A stretch of 63,886 nt of DNA, filler included, from Basidiobolus ranarum (taxonomy: Eukaryota), in the NCBI GenBank assembly GCA_040143965.1. It is 30 parts of 30 records of this genome, joined end to end, with 100 filler letters (N's around TTAATTAATTAA, not from the genome) between each part and the next. Parts side by side here need not be neighbours in the genome. Positions count along the whole stretch, not along the records: positions 10,704 to 12,741 come from JASJQH010010753.1; positions 12,842 to 14,879 come from JASJQH010010754.1; positions 14,980 to 17,017 come from JASJQH010010755.1; positions 17,118 to 19,154 come from JASJQH010010756.1; positions 19,255 to 21,290 come from JASJQH010010757.1; positions 21,391 to 23,426 come from JASJQH010010758.1; positions 23,527 to 25,561 come from JASJQH010010759.1; 23 more parts are not named here. One strand, written 5' to 3'. A program made the position numbers and the translations under genes. Position 1 is the stretch's first letter; every line of letters starts with the position of its first letter. The notes beneath the pieces are model-generated. The model did no database searches, was not told the origin of the DNA, and saw only the letters and a program-made list of their open reading frames with translations. Shown one piece after another: positions 12,505 through 24,027 of this stretch.

Positions 12505-12741
12505 TTACCAACCTTTGCTAAATCCGATACCCATGACTGCTAAAGCCAATACAAACTCAACTAATCCAAACGCAGCGTCAATAAGTCCATGAGCTATCAC
12601 TAGGTCTACTGCTACCCAGACGACTCCGACAGCAAAGTAAATCCATGTCAGAATCATTGAGCCACGGGTGAGTCCAAGGCCAAGAGTACTGGCTGTCAAC
12701 ATCCAGAGCATAGTGATGAATAGGTTACGTGCAACCTTTTG
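12505..12741 (-). CDS. 3' end of an unknown multi-pass membrane protein (paralog 2)
   Basis: QKVARNLFITMLWMLTASTLGLGLTRGSMILTWIYFAVGVVWVAVDLVIAHGLIDAAFGLVEFVLALAVMGIGFSKGW*, open to the contig end. Confidence 0.8.
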   Translation of the reverse strand, partial: QKVARNLFITMLWMLTASTLGLGLTRGSMILTWIYFAVGVVWVAVDLVIAHGLIDAAFGLVEFVLALAVMGIGFSKGW

Positions 12742-12841
12742 NNNNNNNNNNNNNNNNNNNNNNNNNNNNNNNNNNNNNNNNNNNNTTAATTAATTAANNN
12801 NNNNNNNNNNNNNNNNNNNNNNNNNNNNNNNNNNNNNNNNN

Positions 12842-13152
12842 TATATAGCTTAGTACTTAGTTATCTTATAATTCACTAAGATATTATCCACTATTCTCAA
12901 TTGAAACTTACTTGGAATATTTTTACCAACTTAGAAGTTCTCAGATATATAGATTTTTCAAACTTGTGCTAGAAGCCTCAAACTTTGCATACATGTTCTT
13001 GGGACCTTCCTTAACACATTCACCATGTTAGTTTGCTTACATCTTGACAAAACTATAAATGTCAACTTTCTACTCAAAACATCAATAAGTGAAAACCACC
13101 AATTCCTCTGATTCTCCAAGCCACTTCCAACAGGCTCCCAAAGACTTTAACA
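12842..13152 (+). repeat. Copia family B 5' LTR (5'-truncated)
   Basis: Matches the full copy at 29957-30304 and ends ...CTTTAACA, directly followed by the PBS. Confidence 0.9.
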
Positions 13153-13165
13153 GGTTATGAGCCCC
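13153..13165 (+). promoter_or_regulatory. Half-tRNA-iMet primer-binding site (GGTTATGAGCCCC)
   Basis: Abuts the LTR terminal CA and is complementary to the initiator tRNA anticodon arm, as in Ty5 and Drosophila copia. Confidence 0.85.
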
Positions 13166-14879
13166 AAGCTTGCACTCTCTCTGATGTCTACTTCACAAAT
13201 CTGTGGAACCTTTCCCTGTTGTGAAAAATTGGATGGACCAATTATTAAGTTTGGAAAATTGAAATCAAAATGCTGCTGCAAGAAAAAGGACTTTGAGACA
13301 CTGTTGTAGGAAACAAAAAGAATGCAAACCTCTCTGAAGCCAAAGTTAAAGACAAATTGCTCATTCAATGTTCAAGAGATAAAACTGCCAAGAAGGTATG
13401 GAAAGCCTTGGAAAACACCTACCAAACAAGTTCTGCTGCCAACAAGATGTTTCTAAGAAAACAATTCTTTAACTTACAGAAGAAGCAAGGAGAGGACATT
13501 GAATCACTAATTATTAGAGTCACTATTTTAGTGGCTGAACAGGAAGGCATTGGAGTACCTACCACTGTTCGAGATATCATAGCTACAGTCCTGAATAGCT
13601 GGCCACACAAGTTTCAGAGCCTAGTAATGGCTCTAGAATCAAGAACTGAAAATTTGACCTTAAATTGTATATTTGGCAGACTTCTGGATGAAGATTTATG
13701 CAAATCATGATCCAACCAAAAGGATGAAGAAAATGCTTTAATAGGTTATGGGAAACCTCCCTATAAAGGTCAAAGGCACTTTCAGAAGAAAAGTAGCATA
13801 TTCTCTGCTTACTATAAAAGAACTGGCTATTTAAGTAAAGATTGGTTTAAAAGAATTGCAAAAGGAGGAAAATGTACTGAATCTGGAAATATGGTTACAA
13901 CAGAAGATCACTTGTTCATACCTGCTCTATCTATGACTACCAACAAGGATTCTCAGATATGGTATTTTGATTCTGGAGCTTCCCAACATTTCATGAATGA
14001 AAAACAATTGTTTGTGGATTATGAAGAAATCTCAATAAGAAAGATTTTCATTGGAGATGACTGCACATTGGATGCTGTTGGAATGGGAACAATTCAAGTC
14101 AACTTAACTGGAGCTTCTGAAGAGAAATTATATACTTTAACAATGTTCAACATGTTCCAGATAATGCCAAGAATTTAATATCTATATGCAATGCCACCTC
14201 AGAAGGGCTAAAATTCAATTTTGATTGGTCAGGATGCACTATCACTAATCAAAATGGGAAGTTTTTAGCTTTAGGAGAAAATGATCAGAACTTATACAAA
14301 CTTACATATAATGCAAGATGTTTATGTGTAAATATAAGTTATTCCAATTAAGAAACTGTTCAATTATGGAATAAGAGATTTGGCCATGTTGGATTTGATT
14401 ATTTAAGCAAAATGATCAAAATTGCCTAATTTCTGGAATTCAAATTAACCCCCAACCAAAATGGAAATTTGTGAGCATTGTATGTATGGAAAACAAGCCA
14501 GGCAATAGTTCATGAGCTCTGGTTTAATAAAATCTGTCAAAAAATTGGATCTAATTCATTCAGATTCATGTGGACCAATGCAAAATTTATCTTGAGGTGG
14601 AATAGATTTTTATTCACATTTATTGATGATTATACAACATATTTGGGTCTACTTTATGGAGAAAAAAAGAAGCTCTCTCTAAGCTTAGAGAACTCAAAAC
14701 TCTTGTGGAGACTGAAACTGGAGCTAAAATCAAGAAAATAAAAACTGATAATAGTGGAAAATATACTTTAACACTATTTAAGAACTTTTGCAAAGTTCAC
14801 GGAATTAAGCAAGAAACTACTGCCCCCTATTCACCTCAACAAAATGGAGTTGCTGAAGGAGCTAACAGGACTATAATAG
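13157..14879 (+). pseudogene. Copia family B gag-protease-integrase, degenerate
   Basis: Gag TAKKVWKALENTY, protease WYFDSGASQH, integrase LIHSDSCGP, TFIDDY, KTDNSGKY and TAPYSPQQNGVAEGANRT. Confidence 0.93.
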
Positions 14880-15859
14880 NNNNNNNNNNNNNNNNNNNNN
14901 NNNNNNNNNNNNNNNNNNNNNNNTTAATTAATTAANNNNNNNNNNNNNNNNNNNNNNNNNNNNNNNNNNNNNNNNNNNNTGTTAGGGTATAAGGATGTCA
15001 GAGAAAAGCTGAAATCTTGACTTCAATATTCGTTAAATATGGATTAATTATATTAAACATGATGTGTGAATATTTAAGTATAATATTCAGTAACTGTGTG
15101 ATTTCCTGATACTGAGAAAAACTTCCTGATACTGAGAAAAGAAAGCACTATGTTCAAAATATCCATGAGGCTAACTCCAATCCTAGTCATCCGAAAATAG
15201 TAACTTGCCTACTTCTGCTATATCTGGTACATATCCAAGGTTCATTACACTGATCACAGATTTGCATATTAGAAGAAGGCCAAGTAATTGTATTACCATA
15301 AATAAGTCAGCCGCTAAGTGACAACTACATTCGCTTGGCTAAGTGGTTCATGTTTATACCATTTGGCAGTGTAATTCCATCCTAAAGTTTAGCATATATT
15401 CGAGTTTGATAAACAGGAATTCACTTGCCTTTTATCTCACTTGGAGGGAAGTAAATCAATCACATGTACCTGCTAACCAACCTGGATTGCTTCTTTCGTT
15501 GAGTTCATGTTACATCGCTTATCTACATCTGCTATCTTTCCATGCGTGGGATCAAATAAACAGCATATCAATGAGGGATGACCAGTAATGACTCATCATG
15601 ATACCAAGTTGAGCTGGTGTTGTAGCGTTTAAAGTCCATCTGACCAACATCTTCAACCCAAAGTAGATGAAAGTTGGAGCACGAGCACGAGTGAGAGTAC
15701 TTGAAGGGGTCATGAGAAGATTAAATCAGTTGAGAATTTTCCGTAATCAGTCAAGAATTTTATTGAGCATAGTAACAGTGAGTGGCTTTTAAATTGAATG
15801 AATTCTCCAAAATTTCCCTCCACCTTCTTTTCCCTAGTGGATTCCATTTTTTTTCTATC

Positions 15860-17017
15860 ATGTCTTTATTACGTAATATATCCAAGAGAAGTACTTGTAT
15901 AGGAGTTACTCGTATTTTTGGTACATACCAAAGTCAACGTTCATATGCAAAAATTGTTCCCGAGAAACTTTCCGAGTCCAAGTTAAAGTTGATTCCTACT
16001 TCTGGAGAGTATCCCAAAGGGTTTAAAGTGACTGGTATTCACTGTGGTGTCAAGAAAGACCCCACTCGTAAAGACCTTGCATTGATATATTCCGAGATAC
16101 CTTGTAACGCAGCTGCCGTATTTACCCAAAATATTTTTAAAGCTGCTCCAGTGATAGTTACTAAACAGATTCTTGACCAAACTGGGGGTAAAAATGTGAA
16201 TGTATTAGTAGCTAACTCTGGTTGTGCTAATGCCGTTACCGGTACACGTGGTTTAGATAACGCTAAACTTATGAGTACTGCTGCTGCTGACGTAGCTGGT
16301 TCTAAGAACGGTAGTTTGGTCATGTCAACTGGAGTCATTGGTCACCATTTACCTATGAAAAAAATCTTGGAAGGCATTAAAAATGCCCAGAAAACTCTTG
16401 GTGAGGGACATGAAGCTTGGTTAGATATCTCTACTGCTTTTATGACCACCGATACTTTTCCCAAACTTCGTTCAAGTTCCTATACACTTCCATCCGGCTT
16501 GACCTATAGAATGGCTGGTGTTTCCAAAGGTGCTGGTATGATCCACCCAAATATGGCCACTTTATTAGGTATGGTCGCAACGGACGCCCCAGTTACTTCT
16601 ACTTGCTTAAAAAGTGCTCTAAAGTACGCCACTGATCGTTCCTTCAACGCCATCTCTATCGATGGTGATACCAGTACCAATGATACCGTCGCAATTTTAG
16701 CCAACGGAGCCTCCAGTCAAGAAGACAAACACCTTATTAAAGATGAAAATTCCGAAGATTATCAACAATTTCGACAAGATTTGACTGACTTCACTTCCGA
16801 ATTAGCCAAACTTGTAGTTAGAGATGGAGAAGGAGCGACCAAATTTGTTACTATCAGTGTAGAAGTAAGAATCTTTTTCATTTTCTTTTTCCCTCTCTCT
16901 ATCTACCTAACATTATTCTAACTAATTTTATCAAACAAAAGAATGCCAAAACTTTTGAAGAGGCTAAACATGTTGCTAATACTATCGCTACCTCTGCTTT
17001 AGTTAAAACCGCACTTT
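15860..17017 (+). CDS. ARG7: Mitochondrial ornithine acetyltransferase (ArgJ family), 3'-truncated; exon 15860-16864, intron 16865-16941, exon 16942-17017
   Basis: Motifs NSGCANAVTG, STGVIG, FMTTDTFPK, KGAGMIHPNMAT (autocleavage Thr), DGDTSTND and RDGEGATK. The N-terminus is Arg/Ser-rich like a transit peptide. The GTAAGA...CTAAC...AAG intron restores NAKTFEEAKHVANTIATSALVKTAL. Confidence 0.96.
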
Positions 17018-17117
17018 NNNNNNNNNNNNNNNNNNNNNNNNNNNNNNNNNNNNNNNNNNNNTTAATTAATTAANNNNNNNNNNNNNNNNNNNNNNNNNNN
17101 NNNNNNNNNNNNNNNNN

Positions 17118-18311
17118 CAGAGTATATTCACCTGCCAACAAAGGTTTATTGGATGTGATTTACCTCAAAGTTTTGGCAACATTGCTAAAAGTCAAAATAC
17201 TATGGAGTTACCACCTCTATATGACCAGATTGCTATAAGTGGAAGTGCAACTTTGGTCATACCTCTATGTCAAGACAACTTTGAGAACATGCTGCTAGAT
17301 GTTGACCTTGGTTATTCCAATACCAATAGTAGTATATCAGAAGTTGCAGAAGAAGAAAATGGTTTTGTTACTGACTCTTTGTTTTTGGCAAGCAGTAGTC
17401 CACTCATAACACTAATAGTAAAGGAAGCAGCTTTGATTATTGAGTAGTGGAGAGTTCAATCCAATTTTAGCAACCAGGTGTTTATTAGTTTTCTTACACT
17501 TTTACCACAGTTGATTTGCAACTGTTTCTGCCCACAGACATGGTACAGGTGGAATACACTTGTCAACTGTGGGACTTATAAATCTTCAGTAATTAAACTA
17601 TCTCCATTTCCTAACGGTTGTTTGACTTACTCTGGTGATCTGAAAAACCTGAAGTCATGTCCTGTGTGCACACAATTAACAATAACTGAATCAGGTCAAT
17701 ATTGTTCATTTTTGACTTACATCCTTTTGATTCCCTGTCTTAAAGTTTTTATCAAATCACCCAAAAATATATCTTTGATCCCTTACAAAAGTACTCACCA
17801 TAAAGCTGATGGTAATCACCAATATGTTTGTTGGATATCACCTCCAAAATCTGAAAAGTCAAGGATTTGTTGAGAACAAGTATGATCATGCATTTGCATT
17901 GGCTCTGGATGGTTTTTCATGAAACAAATATACCATTCAAAAGGCTTACGGGTAATAACTTGAATTTACTTTAATCTTCCTCCTTGTGAATGGTATAAGA
18001 GTCATAATATTTTAATACTATCCTTCTTATCTGGACCTAGATCACCAGTGCCTATAGATGACTTCTTGGAGCCTTTGATTGCAGAATTTGAATGGTTATC
18101 TGATGGGGTTCAGATGGGTAAGCATTCTTTTCTAGCTACTATCATTGTATGTATTAGTGACACTCTTGCCTTCAGTAAACTTGAAGGTTTTTTGTGAGCA
18201 CAATGCACCATCTTGCTGTATATTTTGTCAAAACAATGGAGTTTACTCTACCAGGTATGCACATTACTACTATCCAAATACAATACTAAACTCCATGATT
18301 TTACCATCAAG
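17118..18311 (+). pseudogene. Degenerate CACTA Tnp2 transposase
   Basis: ORFs 17202, 17478 and 18145 are collinear with the 6426-7166 protein. Confidence 0.85.
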
Positions 18312-18334
18312 ATTGCTGTCTTTTTGGCTTTAAT

Positions 18335-19154
18335 AGACTTGTTCCATTTTATTGAGCCAGATCGGACCAGCTAAAAAGTGTGCCAGCACAAATTGGCATG
18401 ATTGGGCACCATGCGGCATGTTGTTATTTACCATTTTGGAAACAGTTTATTTTACTTTTGTGGTATATTTAAGAAAAGTACTTTTAGACATTATTGCATA
18501 TTCAGAAGATGATAAAAGCTTTATTCATAATGTCTTAAGTCAGAGCTCTCAATGGATATCTTTAAGTATGATTTGATCAAGATTTTGACTACTTTGCCTA
18601 ACTTTGATTGAGGCCCACAAAATGATTTTCCTCTATACTTTCCTGCTACAATGCTATATCTCTTTAGGAAACTAAAGCTATATTCTACTCTTGCTCTAAA
18701 ATGGGAAAAAATGTCATTATAAAGCTTTTGACTCTCTGTGAGTATACCTCCTCTGGGACTCTTGTTAGCAGTGACATATCCTAGCCTTCTGCATTCTTCC
18801 CCAACATATGCTAAATCAGCCATAGTCTTTTCATATCTTACAAATGGGGCATGCCTCCCAACCCAAAGCCTTTTGTCATGGTGTCTCCATGGATGTAGCT
18901 AACTAAACCAAATGATGTTTCCTTCCAAATCTGTCAAAACCTGGAACTTTACACAGTGGGCTTTGTACTTGCCAGAATAGAATAGCTTTTGGTTGCTTTT
19001 GGGCCTGTTACTTCTGACTGGAAATGTGTCAAGAATACTTCTAATATGAACTCTATTGGGAAATACTCCATGAAATGGAAGGAAATTAGAGTCTCTAAAT
19101 CTTTTGTCCCAGGCATCTTCAACATCATTCATCACTGAAGCTAGATAATTCTCA
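18335..19154 (-). mobile_element. PHIS-superfamily (ISL2EU/Harbinger-like) DDE transposase remnant with its 3' TIR
   Basis: ILDTFPVRSNRP...FYSGKYKAHCVKFQVLTDLEGNI...HDKR...ADLAYVG...YNDIFSHFRARVEYSFSFLKRY matches the DDE_Tnp_4-type signature. One in-frame stop near 18899. The TIR at 18335 is preceded by AT. Confidence 0.88.
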
Positions 19155-19254
19155 NNNNNNNNNNNNNNNNNNNNNNNNNNNNNNNNNNNNNNNNNNNNTT
19201 AATTAATTAANNNNNNNNNNNNNNNNNNNNNNNNNNNNNNNNNNNNNNNNNNNN

Positions 19255-19777
19255 TTATGAGGTTCCCAAACTTGTCTGGCAGGCTCCCAAGTAGTGTCAT
19301 GACTAAGTCATCTTCATTTAGAGGTGCTCCAATGGATGATAGCTGATCTGCCATAGTTTTTATCTTATTTACATGATTAAGCATAGAATCATCAGAGTTC
19401 ATCTGAATTGAGAGTAATTTTTGCCTAAGATATAGCCTATTAGCCAGACTTTTAGTCTCATATAGTCCCTCAAGTGTTTCCCAAGCATTATGGAAGTTTT
19501 TGGCTGATTGTATATGCTTCATTGAGAATCTCCAAGTTGTAGACAAAGTGTAGAGAGTGCTTTCCTCTGCTTCATGCAAAAGGCAAGGATAGATTCTGGT
19601 AGTCCCTTTGGCTATATTTCTTCTCTTAACAAATCCCCAAAGGTCCCTCTCTTCTGGCACCATTTGCATCTTAAACTTCCAAAGGTGAAAGTCATCACCA
19701 TCAAACCTCCTGGTCAATGCTAAAACATTGATAATAGCCCTAGTAGACATTCCTTTAACAGCCAGCTTGGGGCTCAC
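19255..19777 (-). pseudogene. Copia family C gag fragment
   Basis: FDGDDFHLWKFKMQM...AWETLEGLYETKSLANRLYLRQKL...LLGSLP (Copia gag N-terminal pattern). Confidence 0.9.
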
Positions 19778-19983
19778 ACACTCTTCATTCAAGGGCAATC
19801 ATGAGGTTACCAAACTTATGTAGCAGGCTCCCAAGTAGTATCAGGAGTCATCTTCATTTGGTGGTGCTTCTGTGGATGAGAGCATACATGCATAAATTGG
19901 ATCCAACTTCTATGATTAGCCATAAAATTGCCAAAATTCATCTTAATCAAGAACAATTTTTGTCTAAGATATTAGCTAGACTT

Positions 19984-20335
19984 TTTTGAAATTAGGTAAA
20001 TAGCAACTCAATATCAGGTAGCTAGTTTATTCATATTCCAATTTCTTAGCACTCAATTATGACATTCAAAAAAGTGTGTTTATTGCTCTAATTGATAGAA
20101 ATTTCAATTAGATCACTTTTACCAGTATTCACTATTTTCTCAAAACTGCTCCAAATCACCTCAAATTTTCAACCATGCTTAACAGGCATGTTTGTTACCA
20201 TCTAAGCATGTTCAATAGTCCTATTTTGTAGTAAACTATAAATAGAACATATTTAATTCAATAATACTCAAGTGTCTAATCTACAAATCCAAATCTTGCC
20301 CAAAACTATTCCAAATCCCCTAAACATGTTTATCA
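19984..20335 (+). repeat. Copia family C 5' LTR (~352 bp)
   Basis: Matches 28385-28735 and 38824-39174. Ends TTTATCA, followed by the PBS GGTTATGAGCCCC at 20336. Confidence 0.88.
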
Positions 20336-21071
20336 GGTTATGAGCCCCAAGCTAGCTGTTAAAGAAATGTCTACTAGTACTTTTACCGACATTTATACAT
20401 CCACAGAGAAGTTTATGGTCAAGACTTTCACCTTTGGAAGTTCAAGATGTAAATGGTGTTTGATGACAAAGACCATTGCGGATTTGTTACAGGAGAAGAA
20501 ATGGATCCAAAGGGACCACCAAAAGCTATCCTTGCCTTTCACAAGAAGCTGAGGAAAGCACTCTCTACACTTTGTCTACTACTCAGAGATTCTCATTTGA
20601 GGCACATACAATCAGCCAAAAACATCCAGAGTGCTTGGAAAACACTTGAAGGACTATACAAGACTAAAATAGTGGCTAATAGGCTATATCTTAGGCAAAA
20701 ATTACTCTCAATTCAGATGAATTCTGATGATTACATGCTTAATCATATAAATTGGATAAAAACTATGGCAGATCAGCTCTCATCCATAGGAGCACCTCTA
20801 AAGAAGAAGACCTAGTTGTGACACTACCTGGGAGCCTGCCAGACAGGTTTGGAAACCACATAATTGCCCTAGAATCAAGATCAGAGCCATTAACAATGGA
20901 ACATGTTGGTGCAAGTCTTCTGCATGAAGAATTAAGGAGATCTAATTCTCAGCAAAATAATGCAGAACAGGCATTTTTTGGTGCTGTATATCATCCAACA
21001 GGCTTCAATCATGGTGCCCCTAATAGAAAATTATTCATCCAAAGGTATTGCAAGAAACCAGGCCATATAAT
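20336..21071 (+). pseudogene. Family C half-tRNA PBS and gag, cut at the zinc knuckle by the ISL2EU-like insertion
   Basis: GGTTATGAGCCCCAAG, then gag ORFs 20340, 20453 and 20752 ending YCKKPGHI at the TIR. Confidence 0.88.
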
Positions 21072-21290
21072 AGACTTGTTCCATTTTATTGAGCCAGATC
21101 AGGCCAGCTAAAAAGTGCGCCAGCACAAATTGGCATGATTGGGCACTATACAGCACAATGTTATTTACCATTTTTGAAACAGTTTATTTTACTTATGTGG
21201 TATGTTTAAGAAAGTACTTTTAGACATTATTGCACATTCAAAAGATAATGAAAGCTTTATTCATAGTGTCTTAAGTCTAGAGCCCTCAAT
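21072..21290 (-). mobile_element. 3' end of the ISL2EU-like element
   Basis: AT|AGACTTGTTCCATT..., collinear with 18335-18553. Confidence 0.88.
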
Positions 21291-21390
21291 NNNNNNNNNN
21301 NNNNNNNNNNNNNNNNNNNNNNNNNNNNNNNNNNTTAATTAATTAANNNNNNNNNNNNNNNNNNNNNNNNNNNNNNNNNNNNNNNNNNNN

Positions 21391-22670
21391 TTAGCCTTTT
21401 CTGATGAGGGCAAATCACTACAGGAGGCTATGGAGCATCCCAACACAAAGTTTTGGAGTGGGTCAATGGCAGAGGAGTGTCAGTCACTCAAAGATAACCA
21501 AACTTGGACTTTTGTTAAGTTACTTGATGACCAAAAAGCAATTGGATGCAAATGGGTGTTTAAAGTTAAATAGCAAGTTGATGGATCTTTGGAATGATAT
21601 AAAGCCAGACTTGTGGCTAAAGGATACTCTCAAATGGAAGGAGTGAACTACAATAAAACATTTGCTCATGTAGCAAAGCCTAACTCCATCTAAACTGTAC
21701 TAGCATTGGGAGCAAAACACAGTTTAAAAATCTATCAAATGGATGTTCAAGCAGCTTTTTTGAATGTGGACTTGGAAGAGGATATATTTATGGATCAACC
21801 AGCTGGTTTTGTGGAACCTGAGCACCCTGAAGATGTGTGTAAGCTACAGAAGTCACTTTATGGACTAAAACAATCACCCAGGGCTTGGTACACTAAGATA
21901 GACACATACTTGGAATAACTTGATTTCCAAAAGAGTACGGTGGATTTTAGATTCTACTTTTAGACAGATAAGTACAGTAAGGTGATACTTGCCTTATATG
22001 TAGATGATCTGATTATAGCTACCAATAATGATGAAGCTCTCATGAACACCAAAAGAGATCTATCAGGCCAATTCAAGATGACCAATTTAGGTGAACTTAT
22101 GTATTTTTTAGACCTGTAGATCCATACAGATATATTGCCCAAATCTATTACCACAATTCACTCTAAAACCATCTCAGACATACTCAGTTGCTACATGATG
22201 GAGAGTTGTAAGCCAGTAGCAACTCCCATGGATCCCAGTATGAAATTAGTTAAAAATTCCATCAAAAATGATGCAAATTGGCCAAATATGTCTCAAAAAA
22301 TGTCATTTGAAAGCCCTGAATTCCCTTATCAATCCAGGTAGGTAGTTTCATCTATGCTGTGACTGGAACTTGGCCAGATATCTCTTTTGCAGTGGGAGTA
22401 GTTAGCCAACAGGTGCAAAACCCAGGATCTGAGCATTATGTAGCAGTTAAGCGGATTTTCAGGTATTTGAAGAGGACAACTGATCTAGGCTTAAGATACG
22501 CATATTTTTTTGTGTATAAGGATCCAATTGGGTTTAGTGATGGTGATTGGGGAAGTGATATTGAGGACAGAAGATCTATAATTGGATATACCTTTCTCCA
22601 TAGTGAAGCAGTCATATCTTGGAATAGGAAGAAACAACCTACCATAGTACTTTCAACAACTAAAGCAGAC
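21391..22670 (+). pseudogene. Degenerate Copia reverse transcriptase and RNase H
   Basis: QMDVQAAFLN, LYGLKQSPRAWY, LYVDDL, GFSDGDWGSDIEDRRS and SWNRKKQPTIVLSTT. Confidence 0.95.
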
Positions 22671-22677
22671 CCTATTA

Positions 22678-23426
22678 GATAGCCATTCAAATTCAGCAAT
22701 CAGAGGTTACAAAAAGCTACTTATAAGCACTGGAGATTTAGGTCCAGATATGATGGATAGTATCAAAATATCATGACTCTTGTACAATTCAGAAGAAGGA
22801 AGATTTAAGTTAATTAAAATTATTGGCCAGCAAGCCTATCCAAAAGTATATTTGTTTAGCAAGAAACTATTGAGAGCCAATGCAAATGCATGATCATATG
22901 TGTTTTCAAAGAAACCTTGACTTTTTAGATTCTTTTAGTGATAACCATCAAGTATATTGGTATACCATCAGCTTTACAGTGAGCACTTTGGTGTTGGATC
23001 CATGATCTATACTTGGGTGATTTCATCAAAACTTTATGTCAGGGAATAAATGTAATTTAAGCCAATTACAAACAATATTTACCTGATTCAGTGATTGCGT
23101 ACATGACTTCAGGTTTTTCAGATCACCAGTGAAAGCCAAACAACCATTTGGACATGAAGATAGCTTAATTACTGAAGGATAATAAGTCATAAAATTGACA
23201 AGTGTTTTCCACTTGGACCAGGTCTGTGGCAAGCAACAGTTGCCAATCAACTGTGGTAAAAGTGTAAGAGAACCAATAAACACCTGGTTCCTAAGATTGG
23301 ATTGAACTCTCCACTCCTCAATAATCACAGCTGCTTCCTTTACTGTAAGTGTTATGAGTGAACTAATGCTTGCCAATAACAAAGAGTCCATAACAAAACC
23401 ATTGTCTTCTTCTTCAACTTCTGATA
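22678..23426 (-). pseudogene. Degenerate CACTA Tnp2 transposase
   Basis: ORF 23026-23391 is nearly identical to part of the 6426-7166 protein. Confidence 0.85.
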
Positions 23427-23526
23427 NNNNNNNNNNNNNNNNNNNNNNNNNNNNNNNNNNNNNNNNNNNNTTAATTAATTAANNNNNNNNNNNNNNNNNN
23501 NNNNNNNNNNNNNNNNNNNNNNNNNN

Positions 23527-24027
23527 ATATATGATTTAGCAATACAAACATGTCCTGGAAGTGGTGAGTCATGTCTTTCCTGCATGATTTTGAGTCTGGA
23601 AGTGTGGTTTGGATTATAAAGGAAACTTCTCATAAAACAAGAGATCATTGGTGATAGAGAAATGGTGGTACATATTCAAGCTTGATGAGCCATTAGGTGT
23701 ATCCTGAGCTTTCTTGAATGTTATTACCAATGGGTCTTCTGATTGCAGTTTTCAGACTTCTTCATGGAATGTGCTTGTAGTGGGCAGGGAAAGAGTAGTT
23801 GCACTAATTTGAAGTTAATGAGGCTTATGTACAAAAGTGTTTTGTTGGCCAAAGGCATCATCCCCCACTTTAAGCAGATATTCTGCTCTACATCATAAGG
23901 TATCAGGTTTTCCTTGCTGGCTGCCTGGTCAATATGTAATTGCAAAATCAAAACTGGCAACAAATAATGACCATCTTGCTTGATGGCAGTTGAGAGCTTT
24001 GGTTTTACTAGAGTACTGAAGATTCTT
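23527..24027 (-). pseudogene. Ty3/Gypsy RNase H C-terminus and linker, same family as 34195-36226
   Basis: The reverse complement (CTCAACTGCCATCAAGCAAGATGGTCATTATTTG...GGCAGCCAGCAAGGAAAACC) matches 35905-36226. Confidence 0.85.

Noticed and set aside
14980..14987. TTAGGG at a contig start as a telomere
   Set aside because: It is a single unit. TGTTAGGG equals the reverse complement of the CCCTAACA transposon terminus.
15101..15140. 20-bp tandem duplication upstream of ARG7
   Set aside because: Two copies only, consistent with ordinary slippage; no evidence of function.
15782..15859. N-terminal extension of the ArgJ ORF, and its run-on past 16864
   Set aside because: The extension starts at GTG in a pyrimidine-rich leader, while ATG 15860 gives a transit-like peptide. 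The run-on is intron sequence.
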